Source: Geosiphon pyriformis uo1
Taxonomy: Eukaryota > Fungi > Glomeromycota
DNA: 64,000 bases
Direction: 5' to 3'
Assembly: GCA_016748015.1 (NCBI GenBank)
Contig: JAAOMT010000627.1
Coordinates: 372,001 to 436,000, forward strand
Shown: piece by piece, positions 62,636 through 64,000 of the stretch
Position numbering within the stretch: position 1 is the first letter of the stretch
Layout of the letters: the number at the start of each line of letters is the position of its first letter
Notes under the pieces: model-generated
What the model was told of the DNA's origin: nothing
Databases searched by the model: none
What the model saw: the letters and a program-made list of their open reading frames with translations, nothing else
Position numbers and translations under genes: made by a program

Positions 62636-64000
62636 TTTTTTTTAATTTAATAAGTACAACCCAATTATTATCTAGTATAAAAAAACAAACTAAGTAATTT
62701 TAATTAAACATGGCTCATGTATTTACTATATGTAATTAGCTATTTAGATTAATTAAGACAATACTATACATTTATACAAACTTTTACATTATTGTTTACA
62801 TTTAAAAAAAATAAATAAGCTTTATATAATTTAAACTAACAGTAAATAATTTCATAATACTTAACAAATTATCTCAATTAACAAAAAACCAGTCAGACTA
62901 CAAAAAACATCAAACAACACTTTCTTATTACTTATCAAACTACTTTTTTTTATGTCTACTCTAAACTTTAATTTAAATATCCACAACTTACTACAATATT
63001 ATTCAGCCAAACAATAAACAAAATTAATCACCAATAATACAGTCTTTTTTTTTTTTATTAAAAACCAATACCATTTTATTAATCTAATTCTTAAAAACAA
63101 AACCTTTACACAAAATTATATAAATACTATTATTCAATAAAAATTAAAACAATAATATTATAAAATATTAACTAATTATTAAATAACAATATAAATAACA
63201 CAGAACAATAAATAAAATTAAAAAATATAATATATACATAATAATATATAAAATGTATACAAACATATCTAATTTAATGTAATTATAAACAAATAAGCCA
63301 AAAAGCATTTATAGTTAAATAAAAAGTCCAATAGCTTATTAATTATTTATTAATCAATTAGAATAAACACAATTATATATAACTTAAAATATGTATATAT
63401 ATAATAACTTTTTAATTAAAAAAAATACAAACTAACAAAAAGTTAATTAAACAAAAAAAAATTAAATTATAATTTCAAAAAAAGGTAAAAAGCATGCCTT
63501 TTTAACTTTATATTATAAAATCTATTAATAACAAAATCAGTAAATCGAAAAAAATTTTTTATTATAAATTAGAGCCTTAATAAAAATCTAAAAGAAATTA
63601 TTATCCTTTCATTATTGCTTTCTATTAGTAAAAACAATAATAAAAATATTCAACATAATAATAAAGCATAAATAAAATCTAAGCTTAACAAAATTAAAAA
63701 CATATTAGAAAAATATCAACTATATACAATTACATAAAATTTATTTGTAGTAATATTTTGGCCAAAATTAACAATTAACTTAAAAATTCAAAATAATTTT
63801 TTTATGTTTTGGAAAAATAATCTTTAATCAAAATTATTTTCAAATACTAATTTTATTAAATTCTGTTTTTTTTTAATTTTCTTTAAATTTATTAAAAATA
63901 GAATACCATTTTATTACAAGTAAAAAAATACAGATATCTGATATTAATACAATATAAAAAAATATATCTGTAAGAGTCTTAAAGAAAAACATAATTAAAA
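62636..64000 (-). mobile_element. Heavily decayed LINE 3' portion, tail-to-tail with the 55681 copy
   Basis: T-run followed by a reverse-complement 3' UTR (tatctagtat, aaactaagt, taagacaatactatacat) matching 39480-39612. Confidence 0.75.

Overview
Eukaryotic, intron-rich, AT-rich fungal DNA. The repeat families and gene style suggest Glomeromycotina (Geosiphon/arbuscular mycorrhizal fungi); this assignment is inference from recollection, not a search result. A compact island of six spliced genes lies at about 12.8-27.1 kb: SYF1/XAB2, RAB6/YPT6, a small lipid-anchored CRIB protein, a PARG-like hydrolase, RMND5/GID2 and a La-motif Sro9/LARP protein. An intronless, divergent Rad26/CSB-like SNF2 ATPase stands alone at 51.1-54.0 kb. 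The rest is nested retroelements. These include a decayed Ty3/Gypsy element with a dUTPase, a Cys-rich insert, an apparently separate integrase frame and an extra ORF, two related solo LTRs, and at least eight copies or fragments of an RNase H-bearing LINE at very different stages of decay. The strongest signal is that the repeats decay almost only by C>T/G>A substitution with few indels, a RIP-like pattern, which turns old elements into the AT-rich intergenic tracts. Other notable points are three unusual splice donors in SYF1 (U12-like, GC-AG, possible GA-AG) and the PARG-like gene as a horizontal-transfer candidate.
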